Source of the DNA: a virus
Virus record (IMG/VR): IMGVR_UViG_3300025084_000007
Coordinates: 47,932-111,931 of that record
Length of the DNA stretch: 64,000 nucleotides
Strand: one strand, 5' to 3'
Shown: positions 39,651 to 49,725 of the stretch, in pieces
How positions within the stretch are numbered: position 1 is the stretch's first letter
Layout of the letters: the number at the start of each line of letters is the position of its first letter
Notes under the pieces: generated by a model
What the model saw: the letters and a program-made list of their open reading frames with translations, nothing else
Databases searched by the model: none
Told to the model about the DNA's origin: nothing
Translations under genes and position numbers: made by a program

Positions 39651-39706
39651 TGGTTGCCTTCGGGGACCACAAAATACAATCTCGCTTTATAAGGAGAAGT
39701 TACATG
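39651..39706 (+). promoter_or_regulatory. ROSE-like RNA thermometer in the hsp20 5'UTR
   Basis: A 5' UUCG hairpin, then TCTC-G-CTT-TAT-AAG-GAGA; U(C)GCU pairs with the AGGA SD, leaving a bulged G. Confidence 0.55.
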
Positions 39707-40195
39707 GACCTTACTAGATGGACATCGAAAGATGTTGATAAAATTTTTGATGCTGCAAACAGATACAGCGTTGGACTAGATGATATCTTCTATCGATTGC
39801 ATTCATATGGATCGAATCAACCTGGTGGACAATATCCTCCATACAATATCGTCAAAGAATCAAATGTTAAATGGCGTATTGAAATTGCACTTGCTGGATG
39901 GGCACCAGAAGATGTTGAAGTAACTACTGAGTCAAATGTACTCTTAGTAAAATCTGTTGCACCTAAGAATGATGGTGAAGAAGAATATATGCATCGGGGA
40001 TTATCTTCACGCACGTTTGCTAGGGGATTCAACCTTTCGGATGATGTCGAAGTTGGCACAGTCAGTTTTAATAATGGACTTCTTGTGGTAGAATTACGGA
40101 GAATCATTCCTGATCATCAGAAACGAAAGGTTTATGAAATCCAAAATCCTACACTACCTGAAAGCAATGGTGATGCATCCAGCGACACACTTTAA
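39704..40195 (+). CDS. hsp20: small heat shock protein Hsp20
   Basis: YPPYNIVK, IEIALAG, YMHRGLSSRTF and FNNGLLVVEL; RBS AGGAGA before ATG 39704. Confidence 0.95.
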   Translation: MDLTRWTSKDVDKIFDAANRYSVGLDDIFYRLHSYGSNQPGGQYPPYNIVKESNVKWRIEIALAGWAPEDVEVTTESNVLLVKSVAPKNDGEEEYMHRGLSSRTFARGFNLSDDVEVGTVSFNNGLLVVELRRIIPDHQKRKVYEIQNPTLPESNGDASSDTL

Positions 40196-40355
40196 TGTGA
40201 TGTCTATTGGAGTATTGATTATGATAGGAGTACTCCATAACCATGCTCACTACGCAATGAATATGGATGCAGATAGTTATGTGAGGCAGTGGTGTAGATC
40301 ATCAGCAGAAAACAAAAAGACCTGCGTCCGCTATGGTGGAAACATGGACTACTAG
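40134..40355 (+). CDS. hypothetical membrane protein
   Basis: IGVLIMIGVLHNHAHY..DADSYVRQWC. Confidence 0.6.
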   Translation: MKSKILHYLKAMVMHPATHFNVMSIGVLIMIGVLHNHAHYAMNMDADSYVRQWCRSSAENKKTCVRYGGNMDY

Positions 40356-40377
40356 TCAGCATATATAATGTACAACC

Positions 40378-40403
40378 AAAGAGACCTTGCGGGGTCTCTT
40401 TTT
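40378..40403 (+). terminator. Rho-independent terminator
   Basis: AAAGAGACCT-TGCG-GGGTCTCTTT followed by a T run. Confidence 0.85.
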
Positions 40404-40417
40404 GTTTGGAGTACACT

Positions 40418-40645
40418 ATGAATGTTTATGTAAACTTAAAACCGAATACTTATGATGGTGATACCGATCTCTTGACAGTAGAAGTGCCTGCATCTTATAC
40501 TGAAGAACTTATGAGATACGTCAGACCTATCGCAGAACAAAAGAATATCGACGAATCCAAAATCCTTAAGGATATTATTAAGGAAGCAGTAAACGAAATT
40601 GAAAGGAGGAATTATGAGCGTAAGAATCGTAAGAACAAGAAGTAA
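40418..40645 (+). CDS. hypothetical protein
   Basis: GGAG RBS; ORF of about 75 aa. Confidence 0.65.
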   Translation: MNVYVNLKPNTYDGDTDLLTVEVPASYTEELMRYVRPIAEQKNIDESKILKDIIKEAVNEIERRNYERKNRKNKK

Positions 40646-40964
40646 TGAAGATGTGATTTGTGACCTCTATGAAGTTACAACACAGGAAGAACCAGATAAA
40701 GCAGTAGGATTTCAAATGAAAAATCCTTACTCGGTCTGGATTTCTGCACCTAAAACATCTACAGTCGTAGAGCAAACTGAGGATGAAGTTACTGCTAAAA
40801 TCAGTGAACCATCTATCAACTTTGAACCTTGGGCACCTTTGTCCAAAACCAAAGATATCATGATGAAACTGGACGAGATTGTCACAGTTTATGAAACTCA
40901 TGAAGAAATTGAAACCAAGTACAACCAACTGATTGAGGCAGAAAATGGAACAGCAGTCGATTAA
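40614..40964 (+). CDS. hypothetical protein (Sm-like fold candidate)
   Basis: MSVRIVRTRSNEDVICD...FEPWAPLS. Confidence 0.7.
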   Translation: MSVRIVRTRSNEDVICDLYEVTTQEEPDKAVGFQMKNPYSVWISAPKTSTVVEQTEDEVTAKISEPSINFEPWAPLSKTKDIMMKLDEIVTVYETHEEIETKYNQLIEAENGTAVD

Positions 40965-41190
40965 GTTAGTTCTATTGAGAGAACGAAAAGAATATCTTAT
41001 CGGTAGTATTACCGAATTAGATGAAGAACCAAGTCTCTTGATTGAGAAGTGTATGGAAGTCACTGAAGATGGAACCCTTAAGAAGTTCCCTCTTCATGCA
41101 GAGCAACGTGATTTGTTCTTGACATCCGAGTGTGTTTTGACTATACTGGATCCAAGTCCTGATGTGCTGGAGACATACAAAAACGCATGA
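40945..41190 (+). CDS. hypothetical protein
   Basis: IKLVLL...YLIGSITELDEEPS...LTILDPS; coupled to gp43. Confidence 0.7.
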   Translation: MEQQSIKLVLLRERKEYLIGSITELDEEPSLLIEKCMEVTEDGTLKKFPLHAEQRDLFLTSECVLTILDPSPDVLETYKNA

Positions 41191-43685
41191 GTTCGTTTTA
41201 CACCAACATTCAACTCGCTGGTGATACAATCTTGTATAGGGGATATGAAGACGGACAACCCGTCTCATATCGAACAAACTTTTCCCCAACATTGTATATT
41301 CTTTCACGTAAAGAAGAAGAGTTTAAAACCCTAGAGGGTAAGAATGTATCACCCGTCCAGTTTCAGACTTCTAGAGAAGCACGAAACTTTATTCAACAAT
41401 ACGATGGCGTTGAGGGGTTTGAAGTTCATGGTTATGAACGATTTGTATATCAATATATTCGTCGTGAGTTTCCTGGCGAAGTTAATTATGACATCAGTCA
41501 GATGAAAATCTTTGCATTGGATATTGAGGTCCAATGTGAGAATGGATTCCCTGATGCAGAAGCAGCAGCAGAAGAAATGCTATCCATCACCATTAAAGAT
41601 ATGGTGACAAAGCAGTATTATAGTTGGGCAACTCGGGAGTTTGAAGCACCAGAAGGAGTTGAGACACATATCTTCTGGACAGAACATGAAATGCTAAACC
41701 ATTTTATTAATTGGTGGGTGCAAAATACTCCAGATATTCTGACGGGTTGGAACGTAAATCTATATGATGTTCCATACATTGCTCGTCGGATTAGTCGTGT
41801 GCTTGGTGAGAAGTGGATGAAGAGTCTGTCTCCTTGGAATCGTGCTAATGAAAGAGAGGTTTATGTTAAGGGACGTAGAAATATTGCTTATGATATCTCT
41901 GGGGTCAACATTCTTGACTATCTTGATCTTTATCGTAAGTTTACATATACAAACCAAGAATCTTATCGCCTAGATCATATTGCTTTTGTGGAACTAGGGC
42001 AAAGAAAACTTGATCACTCTGAGTATGAAAACTTCAAGGACTTCTATACCAGTGATTGGCAGAAGTTTATGGAGTACAACATCCAAGACGTTGAACTGAT
42101 TGACAGATTGGAAGACAAGATGAAGTTGCTTGAACTTGCCATCACGATGAGTTACGATGCCAAGGTCAACTTTGAAGATGTGTATAGTCAGGTCCGTATG
42201 TGGGACACGATGATCTATAACTATCTTACAGATAGGAAAGCAGTTGTTCCAGCAAGAAAGGGTGCTAAGAAAGATGAAAAATATGCGGGGGCATATGTTA
42301 AGGAACCGATTCCAGGAAAGTATAATTGGGTTGTGTCTTTTGACCTTAACTCTCTGTACCCTCATCTTATTATGCAGTACAACATCTCGCCAGAAACGTT
42401 ACTTGAGGCAAGACATCCAACAGCAACTGTTGATAAGATACTTAATAAGGAACTAGATATTGGTGGGGAATATTGTGTATGTGCGAACGGTGCTCAGTAC
42501 CGTAAAGATATACTTGGGTTCCTACCAGAAATGATGCAGAAAATCTATGATGAACGGACCATATACAAGAAGAGAATGCTTAAGTCTAAGCAAGCTCTTG
42601 AACATGCCACCACACCTGCAGAGACCACATCATTACAAAAGGATATTTCAAAATTTAACAATATCCAAATGGCAAGAAAAATCCAACTCAACTCTGCCTA
42701 TGGTGCCATCGGAAACCAATACTTCAGATATTACAATCTGGCAAATGCTGAGGCAATTACCCTCTCGGGTCAAGTCTCGATTAGGTGGATTGAGAGCAAA
42801 GTAAATGCCTACTTAAACAAATTACTTAAAACAGAGGACCACGATTATGTTATTGCTTCCGATACTGACAGCATCTATATCTGTCTTGATCTACTCGTTA
42901 GTTCTGTATTTGATGTACAGGAGGTTTCGCAAGAGAAGATTGTCAATTTTCTCGACTCTGCCTGTAAGAGTAGAATCGAACCATTCATCGAACAGTCGTA
43001 TCAGGAACTAGCAGATTACGTTAGTGCTTATGACCAGAAGATGGTCATGAAGCGAGAGAACATTGCTAGCACAGGTATATGGACTGCTAAGAAGAGATAC
43101 ATTCTTAATGTCTGGGATAGTGAGGGTGTTCGTTATGAGAAACCCAAACTAAAAATCATGGGATTGGAGGCAGTTAAGTCATCTACTCCTGGTGCATGTC
43201 GTACTGCGATTAAAGAATGCATGACAGTTATTGTCAATGAGACTGAAGAAGCAGCACAGAAATATATCTCTGACTTCAGAGACAAATTTTCTTCGTTGCC
43301 AGTTGAAGACATTTCATTTCCAAGGGGATGTAATGGAATAAATAAATGGTCTAATCCAGCAACGATCTATAGTAAAGGCACACCGATTCATGTGCGTGGT
43401 GCGTTGCTTTATAACTTCCATAACAAGAAGAACAAACTAACTCATAAGTATCCGTTGATACAAGATGGGGATAAACTAAAGTTTGTTTACTTGAAGACTC
43501 CTAACAAGATCGGTGAAAATGTTATTAGTTATTTGAATACATTTCCCAAAGAGTTGAATCTTGACAAACAGGTAGACTATGACCTACAATTCTCTAAGTC
43601 TTTCCTAGACCCTATCAACGTTATTATGGATACGATTGGATGGAAATCAGAAAAAATAGCATCGCTGGAGTTTTTATTCGGATGA
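41187..43685 (+). CDS. gp43: family B DNA polymerase gp43
   Basis: Exonuclease DIEV, SFDLNSLYP, KIQLNSAYG and SDTDS. Confidence 0.99.
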   Translation: MSSFYTNIQLAGDTILYRGYEDGQPVSYRTNFSPTLYILSRKEEEFKTLEGKNVSPVQFQTSREARNFIQQYDGVEGFEVHGYERFVYQYIRREFPGEVNYDISQMKIFALDIEVQCENGFPDAEAAAEEMLSITIKDMVTKQYYSWATREFEAPEGVETHIFWTEHEMLNHFINWWVQNTPDILTGWNVNLYDVPYIARRISRVLGEKWMKSLSPWNRANEREVYVKGRRNIAYDISGVNILDYLDLYRKFTYTNQESYRLDHIAFVELGQRKLDHSEYENFKDFYTSDWQKFMEYNIQDVELIDRLEDKMKLLELAITMSYDAKVNFEDVYSQVRMWDTMIYNYLTDRKAVVPARKGAKKDEKYAGAYVKEPIPGKYNWVVSFDLNSLYPHLIMQYNISPETLLEARHPTATVDKILNKELDIGGEYCVCANGAQYRKDILGFLPEMMQKIYDERTIYKKRMLKSKQALEHATTPAETTSLQKDISKFNNIQMARKIQLNSAYGAIGNQYFRYYNLANAEAITLSGQVSIRWIESKVNAYLNKLLKTEDHDYVIASDTDSIYICLDLLVSSVFDVQEVSQEKIVNFLDSACKSRIEPFIEQSYQELADYVSAYDQKMVMKRENIASTGIWTAKKRYILNVWDSEGVRYEKPKLKIMGLEAVKSSTPGACRTAIKECMTVIVNETEEAAQKYISDFRDKFSSLPVEDISFPRGCNGINKWSNPATIYSKGTPIHVRGALLYNFHNKKNKLTHKYPLIQDGDKLKFVYLKTPNKIGENVISYLNTFPKELNLDKQVDYDLQFSKSFLDPINVIMDTIGWKSEKIASLEFLFG

Positions 43686-43840
43686 AACAGACAAAGTTTA
43701 TGGTAACCTATCAGAAAGCATTCGGTGCTGGTGCTGCCAGAGAAGAAAAACTTTTTGATGAACTGACAGATGCTCAATGGTTTGAGCGTGCTATGAAACG
43801 ATCACAACACATCACAACATTATTAGAGGTTAAAGAGTGA
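43682..43840 (+). CDS. 52-aa hypothetical protein
   Basis: ATGA and GTGA overlaps with gp43 and uvsX. Confidence 0.55.
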   Translation: MKQTKFMVTYQKAFGAGAAREEKLFDELTDAQWFERAMKRSQHITTLLEVKE

Positions 43841-44847
43841 ATTTTCTTAAAGACGTAGTAAAGGAGATCGGTAATGAGTATGCAGGATTGGTCAGTGACG
43901 GTGTTGCTGCAGGTGACACCAGTGGTTTCATTGATACTGGCAGTCATATCTTTAACGCTTTGGTATCTGGGAGTATCTACGGAGGTGTTCCTGGAAACAA
44001 GATTACGGCCATTGCAGGCGAGTCGTCTACTGGCAAAACTTTCTTTTGCCTTGGCATTGTACAGCATTTTCTCGACAGTAATCCTGACGCAGGTGTAATC
44101 TACTTTGAATCTGAGTCTGCTATCTCTCGTCAGATGATTGAGGATAGGGGTATTGATTCTAATCGCATGATGATTGTTCCTGTTGCAACCATTGAAGAGT
44201 TTCGTACCCAGTCTTGTCGTATCCTTGACAAGTACATGGAGCAGAAAGAGGATGATCGTAAACCTTTGATGTTCGTTCTAGACTCCTTAGGTATGCTTGC
44301 CAGCAATAAGGAGGTTGAGGATGTTGCGAATGATAAGCAGGTCAGGGACATGACTAAGAGTCAGTTGATTAAGGGTGCCTTCAGGGTCCTTACACTCAAA
44401 CTTGGTAAGGCAAACGTGCCTATGCTGGTCACCAACCATACTTACGATGTGATTGGTTCTTATGTTCCTATGAAAGAGATGGGTGGTGGTAGTGGTCTGA
44501 AGTATGCATCTTCTACTATCATCTATCTGTCTAAGAAGAAAGAGAAGGACGGTACAGATATTGTCGGTAACATTATCAAATGCAAAGCACAGAAGTCTCG
44601 TCTGACCAAAGAAAATAGTCAGATTGAAACTCGTCTTTACTATGATCGTGGTCTTGACAAATACTATGGACTGCTAGAACTTGGTGAGAAGTATGGAATG
44701 TGGAAGAATGTTGCTGGTCGCTATGAAATGAATGGTAAGAAAGTCTATGCTAAGGCAATCTTGAAAAATCCTGAGACATACTTCACAGACGAAGTAATGC
44801 AAGCACTCGATGAAGCAGCAGCAAAGGAGTTCCGTTATGGCAGCTAA
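43837..44847 (+). CDS. uvsX: RecA-like recombinase UvsX
   Basis: [17 protein letters not shown] and [11 protein letters not shown] motifs. Confidence 0.96.
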   Translation: MNFLKDVVKEIGNEYAGLVSDGVAAGDTSGFIDTGSHIFNALVSGSIYGGVPGNKITAIAGESSTGKTFFCLGIVQHFLDSNPDAGVIYFESESAISRQMIEDRGIDSNRMMIVPVATIEEFRTQSCRILDKYMEQKEDDRKPLMFVLDSLGMLASNKEVEDVANDKQVRDMTKSQLIKGAFRVLTLKLGKANVPMLVTNHTYDVIGSYVPMKEMGGGSGLKYASSTIIYLSKKKEKDGTDIVGNIIKCKAQKSRLTKENSQIETRLYYDRGLDKYYGLLELGEKYGMWKNVAGRYEMNGKKVYAKAILKNPETYFTDEVMQALDEAAAKEFRYGS

Positions 44848-45403
44848 ACTTGTAGACTATATTAAAACCTACAATGGTTTAGTTGATGAGGAGTTCTGTA
44901 GAACTGTCATTAAAACTTTTAGTGAAACCAAGGGGGAGTACATTGATAGAGATCAGCGACCTTCCTTCACAGAATTAAATATATCTCGTCGCTTCTTAGA
45001 TAAGGATCCCAACTGGATTGATATTCAAAATACTTTGACCAAGACATTCATTGATGCAGTTGAACTGTATATGTCTGACCTGGACTTAGGTCCAGACTTT
45101 CCTGAAAAGTATGCATTTGAGGAACATCGTCTTAAGATGTATCAATCTAATGCATATGATCAGTTTAAAGATCATGTTGATGTTGGGGATTACAAGTCTG
45201 CTAGGAGATTTTTAGTCTGTTTCATGTACTTGAATACGGTGTCTGAAGGAGGAGAAACTTCTTTTCCCAAACTAGACTACCAAATTGCTCCAGAGTGTGC
45301 TAAGATACTAGTGTTCCCTGCTACCTGGCAGTGGAGGCACGCAGGTCTTCCTACGGTCTCTGAGAACAAGTACATCGTTGGAACCTACCTGCACTACGTT
45401 TAA
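44837..45403 (+). CDS. 2OG-Fe(II) oxygenase
   Basis: [15 protein letters not shown] and WRHAG...[10 protein letters not shown]. Confidence 0.9.
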   Translation: MAAKLVDYIKTYNGLVDEEFCRTVIKTFSETKGEYIDRDQRPSFTELNISRRFLDKDPNWIDIQNTLTKTFIDAVELYMSDLDLGPDFPEKYAFEEHRLKMYQSNAYDQFKDHVDVGDYKSARRFLVCFMYLNTVSEGGETSFPKLDYQIAPECAKILVFPATWQWRHAGLPTVSENKYIVGTYLHYV

Positions 45404-46788
45404 TGAATCTAGAAGTAACTATTCTCAGTAACCTCATTTACAATGAAAGGTATACACGCAAGGTACTTCCTTTCATCAAGTCAGACTACTTCACTGCTCG
45501 GGAACATAAGATTATCTTCTTAGAGATTCATGAGTACATTAGTCAATATGATGCGTGCCCCAGTCTGAATGCAATTGGTATAGAATGTCAGGAACGAACT
45601 GACCTCACTGAAGACCAGTTCAAAGAAATTATTCAGGTATTGAATGTCCTTTCCGATGATCCCGCAGACCACGATTGGCTCGTTGATACTACAGAAAAGT
45701 GGTGTCAAGAGCGTGCGATCTACCTATCTCTTATGGAGAGTGTCAAGATTGCTGACGGACAAGACGCCAAGAAAGATAAGGGTGCTATTCCTTCTATTCT
45801 TTCGGAAGCACTTGGAGTATCGTTCGATCAACATGTAGGACATGATTATGTCTCGGATGCAGAAGAACGCTATGAATTCTATCATCGCAAAGAAAATAAG
45901 ATACCTTTTGATCTCTCGCTCTTCAACAAAATCACAAAGGGTGGACTACCTAACAAGACTCTTAATATTGCACTAGCTGGTACTGGTGTAGGTAAGAGTT
46001 TGTTTATGTGTCATGTTGCTGCTGGAGCATTACTACAAGGCAAGAATGTCTTATACATCACATTGGAGATGGCAGAAGAGAAGATTGCTGAACGCATTGA
46101 CGCAAATCTTCTCAACATTCCAATCCAACAACTCGGTGATCTTCCGAAAGTAATGTTCGATAAGAAGATTGCAAGTCTTGCTAAGAAAACTCAAGGCAAG
46201 TTAATCATCAAAGAATACCCTACGGCATCTGCACATGTGGGACATTTTAAATCTCTTGTTAGTGATCTTGCTCTTAAGCGGAGCATTAAACCCGATATTA
46301 TCTTTATTGATTACCTTAACATATGTGCTTCCCAGAGGTATAAAGGAAGCATCGTCAACTCCTACACCTACGTCAAAGCAATCGCAGAAGAACTTAGGGG
46401 TTTTGCTTGTGAGTGCGATGTTCCTATCATCTCTGCTACGCAGACCACTCGTTCAGGTTTTGGTAGCACTGATGTTGACCTTACTGATACTTCTGAATCC
46501 TTTGGTCTCCCTGCTACTGCTGATCTTATGTTCGCCCTTATTTCTACAGAAGAGTTGGAGGGAATGAACCAGATTATGGTCAAGCAGTTGAAGAATAGAT
46601 ACAATGATACGAACTCATTTAAGAGATTCTGTATAGGTATTGACAGAGCGAAGATGAAGTTGTATGATGTTGAGGAATCTGCACAAGACGACCTTGTTGA
46701 CTCTGGACAAGGAACCGAAACCCAACAGATTGATTTAGTTAAAAAGTTCACTTCCAAAAAAACATTCCAAGATCTTAAGTATGATTGA
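45403..46788 (+). CDS. gp41: replicative DNA helicase gp41
   Basis: AGTGVGKS, LEMAEE, IDYLNIC and SESFGLPATAD motifs. Confidence 0.97.
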   Translation: MNLEVTILSNLIYNERYTRKVLPFIKSDYFTAREHKIIFLEIHEYISQYDACPSLNAIGIECQERTDLTEDQFKEIIQVLNVLSDDPADHDWLVDTTEKWCQERAIYLSLMESVKIADGQDAKKDKGAIPSILSEALGVSFDQHVGHDYVSDAEERYEFYHRKENKIPFDLSLFNKITKGGLPNKTLNIALAGTGVGKSLFMCHVAAGALLQGKNVLYITLEMAEEKIAERIDANLLNIPIQQLGDLPKVMFDKKIASLAKKTQGKLIIKEYPTASAHVGHFKSLVSDLALKRSIKPDIIFIDYLNICASQRYKGSIVNSYTYVKAIAEELRGFACECDVPIISATQTTRSGFGSTDVDLTDTSESFGLPATADLMFALISTEELEGMNQIMVKQLKNRYNDTNSFKRFCIGIDRAKMKLYDVEESAQDDLVDSGQGTETQQIDLVKKFTSKKTFQDLKYD

Positions 46789-47182
46789 TTTTATTAAGTA
46801 TGCCCAATTTGTATCGGCGGTCACGTCGCAAGAGAGTAAAAATTATACTGACTTTGCCAACCGAATCTTTGAACTTGCAGAAGACGGAGTTCCAACCGAG
46901 CGACTGCTTACTGCTTCTGTAGGTCTTTGTGCAGAGTCTGGTGAGTTTACTGAGATTGTAAAGAAGATGGTCTTCCAAGGGAAACCTGCTAGTGAAGAAA
47001 ACTTCTATCATATGAAGCGTGAACTAGGTGACATTATGTGGTACTTCATGCAAGCATGTCTGGCACTTGATGTTTCTCCTGAAGAAATTATTGAAATGAA
47101 TGTAGAGAAACTAAAAGCACGCTACCCTGGTGGTGAGTTTGATGTTCATTATTCTGAAAACCGTAAGAAAGGAGATCTCTGA
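46781..47182 (+). CDS. mazG: MazG-like NTP pyrophosphohydrolase
   Basis: GLCAESGEF..KK...RELGDIMWY...NVEKLKARYP. Confidence 0.92.
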   Translation: MIDFIKYAQFVSAVTSQESKNYTDFANRIFELAEDGVPTERLLTASVGLCAESGEFTEIVKKMVFQGKPASEENFYHMKRELGDIMWYFMQACLALDVSPEEIIEMNVEKLKARYPGGEFDVHYSENRKKGDL

Positions 47183-47301
47183 TGGATGGTGCAGTACACG
47201 CTTGGCATTCTATGAGTTATGTGGAGGGGTTCTTCTTCTCCGTCTGGATCTTAGGAATGTATTATGTCAAACTAAAAATGGATAAGAGGTTTGGACGATG
47301 A
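47182..47301 (+). CDS. 39-aa membrane peptide
   Basis: MDGAVHAWHSMSYVEGFFFSVWILGMYYVKLKMDKRFGR; coupled overlaps. Confidence 0.5.
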   Translation: MDGAVHAWHSMSYVEGFFFSVWILGMYYVKLKMDKRFGR

Positions 47302-47639
47302 ATTTTACACAAGATGATCTTTGGAATCAGATTGCAACTCTCGGTTGGAATGTCAGAGATGACAATATTGTAATCGAGATTGGTGGTACACAGGTATCTG
47401 GTATCTACCAAGGTGAAAACTACAACAAGAAGTGGGCAGCCCAATATGGGGATCGTAAGTATAACAAAGATGCATTCATTGTTATCAAGAACCTCTCACG
47501 AAACGACGACACAAAATCACAACCTATGGATAGGGAGCACGCACCACATCATGGAACCCCAACTACCGCAACGACAACCAGAGACACCTCAACAGAAGAG
47601 GAAGTTTCGTCAGACAGTAGTACAGATACAACTGAATAA
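47298..47639 (+). CDS. hypothetical protein
   Basis: 113-aa ORF, IVIEIGGTQVSGI...YNKDAFIVIKNLSR. Confidence 0.65.
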   Translation: MNFTQDDLWNQIATLGWNVRDDNIVIEIGGTQVSGIYQGENYNKKWAAQYGDRKYNKDAFIVIKNLSRNDDTKSQPMDREHAPHHGTPTTATTTRDTSTEEEVSSDSSTDTTE

Positions 47640-47753
47640 CATTTGTCAATGTCTAAGTGGCAAATGGTATAGAACTCATTATTGGGATCCTGAAGGAAAC
47701 CGATCTGATAGATTTGTAATTGAGTTTCCCCCAGAAGAGTTTAACGACGTCTG

Positions 47754-47960
47754 ATGTATAGCCTTTGGATTCACATACGAGCATTCGTTTCTGTTGTAGT
47801 GGTGAGTTGTGCTCACCCTGTCAACTGGGAGCAGTGTGTTCGTGTGGACCAATGGTTATTGCCTGAAGTTGTCCAAGGTTATAAACTATGGACAGGACAA
47901 GAAAAAATCTATCAAAACGAAAAGCAGTATCTAAATAGTCTGGAAGACTTAGAAGAGTAG
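47754..47960 (+). CDS. hypothetical protein
   Basis: SCAHPVNWEQCVRVDQWL. Confidence 0.55.
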   Translation: MYSLWIHIRAFVSVVVVSCAHPVNWEQCVRVDQWLLPEVVQGYKLWTGQEKIYQNEKQYLNSLEDLEE

Positions 47961-47961
47961 A

Positions 47962-49650
47962 ATGACAGTCGCATCAGATCTCAAAGACAACTTAGGTAAG
48001 GTCTTTAAGGATTCTTATAGTCTTGAAAAATTTTTCAAATCTGTATCTGCATCTGGAGATAAAGAGATTGATACTTGGGATTCAACATCTACAGAAATGG
48101 TGAAGATGCCTTCTGGCAGTACGCTAGGTTTGATTCCACGCATCAAAGTAAAGACCGAAAGAAATTGGTTACGTGGAAAGATTAAAGAATTTGTTGAAGA
48201 GAATCAAGAAAATATTATTACTAATATTCGAGAAGTTCTAAAACTCGAAGGAGTATGGGAGTGGAGCTTTGAAGAAAAAGTTATTGGTAGTTTGTCTGGA
48301 TTACAATCCTATGTTATCAGTGGCGCTAGGGAAGGAAAAAAACCCACTATCAGGATTATATTTGCATCTAAAGGTCTTTCTAATGGTGCTGGTGGTAAGA
48401 GAGAAGATCCTCATGAACTGATGACTGCATGTTTGATTCTTTCAAAAACGAAGGTTGATCTCAATGGTATTAATGGCAAGAAAGATGGTGAAAGATATGG
48501 TGCATACAAAGCAATTGTAGATAAGTTGGTAACAATAGCACCTAAGATTGTTGGTGCTGCAGGATTATCAGGATTTTATATTGACCCTAAGACTAAACAA
48601 GAACCTGATCTTATTAACTTAGCAAAGGCAGTCTCTGTATCAAACTATGTGATTGATTTAATTGGTAATGCTAAGGTAGATGCAGTTTGGCAGACAGGAA
48701 CAAAGTGGGCACAGGAGATTAAAAAATATGATGTTGGACCAAGCACGATTAAAAATTACAACTCTTCTGATATCATTGTAAAATTTACTACTGCTGGAAA
48801 GGATGGTGCTACCCATTACTGGGGATTGTCACTTAAGAAAGCAGGTATCAAAGATCCAGAACCAACACTATTAAACAAACCTGCATTTGGTTCAAAGGGA
48901 TTTATTGAGAAGAAAATGAAACCTGCTGATGTAAAGAAAGTTGAGGATGCTAAGAAGAAATTTTTTGTTGGTGCTTTAAAAATTAAAACAGGAACAACAT
49001 CTATCAAGAATAAGAAGATTGATAGTATGCCAATTAAAGAAGTATTGAAAAATGCAAACAATCTTTTCACTGATACGAACGAGAAGGCTGAGATGCTAAC
49101 GGGACGTGGTAAATACCAACCCAATAAGAATATCTATTTTGAAGAAATGCATAAGGCATTTATGAAATTTGATAATGATAAAGAGTTCTTTGAAGAGTTT
49201 CTAGATACTATCTTTAAAATTAACTTACAAACATATGTGCAAGATGCTTCATTCCATTTCAGTTTAATTACTGGACGTGGTGACTATAAGGATGGTAAAG
49301 TTTTAGAAGTATCACCACCTAGTGAGAAAGAAGGTAGAACTACTTCTGAAGTATTTCGTCTAATCTTTGGAGACTCTGATAATACTAAGTTCCGACTGAT
49401 TCCAAATAGGACTAATACTTCAGATGCAAAGAAGATGGCATTTGAAGAAGGTGCTACTGCTGCAAAACTTTTTTATGAGATGGCAATTGGACCTAAGGGA
49501 AAAGAGCACAGTATTGTAATGTTAGAAGTAAGATACAAGGGAGCATTGACATCTGAACCTCAGTTCCAGGTATTCATGAGTACAAAGAAGAATGGGTTCT
49601 CGGATTTATATAAAGCATATGTGAAAAAGAATAAGATCGAACGCTGGTGA
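47962..49650 (+). CDS. large Lys-rich hypothetical protein, possible PD-(D/E)xK nuclease
   Basis: PHELMTA...NSSDII...YWGLSLKK; AT-rich codon usage. Confidence 0.55.
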   Translation: MTVASDLKDNLGKVFKDSYSLEKFFKSVSASGDKEIDTWDSTSTEMVKMPSGSTLGLIPRIKVKTERNWLRGKIKEFVEENQENIITNIREVLKLEGVWEWSFEEKVIGSLSGLQSYVISGAREGKKPTIRIIFASKGLSNGAGGKREDPHELMTACLILSKTKVDLNGINGKKDGERYGAYKAIVDKLVTIAPKIVGAAGLSGFYIDPKTKQEPDLINLAKAVSVSNYVIDLIGNAKVDAVWQTGTKWAQEIKKYDVGPSTIKNYNSSDIIVKFTTAGKDGATHYWGLSLKKAGIKDPEPTLLNKPAFGSKGFIEKKMKPADVKKVEDAKKKFFVGALKIKTGTTSIKNKKIDSMPIKEVLKNANNLFTDTNEKAEMLTGRGKYQPNKNIYFEEMHKAFMKFDNDKEFFEEFLDTIFKINLQTYVQDASFHFSLITGRGDYKDGKVLEVSPPSEKEGRTTSEVFRLIFGDSDNTKFRLIPNRTNTSDAKKMAFEEGATAAKLFYEMAIGPKGKEHSIVMLEVRYKGALTSEPQFQVFMSTKKNGFSDLYKAYVKKNKIERW

Positions 49651-49704
49651 CACCCTAAGAACTGTCACACCTCTGGTTGCGACTGCCTTCTGCCATGCTA
49701 TAAT
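49647..49704 (+). promoter_or_regulatory. early promoter with palindromic upstream motif (copy 3)
   Basis: GTGACA-N10-TGTCAC, 28-nt spacer, TGCTATAAT. Confidence 0.7.
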
Positions 49705-49725
49705 ATGTGTATAGACAAAGGACGA

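Noticed and set aside
47380-47754. Alternate-frame 124-aa ORF overlapping 47298-47639
   Set aside because: It overlaps a better-coupled ORF for most of its length; only its 3' part might be a real small gene, and the start cannot be fixed.
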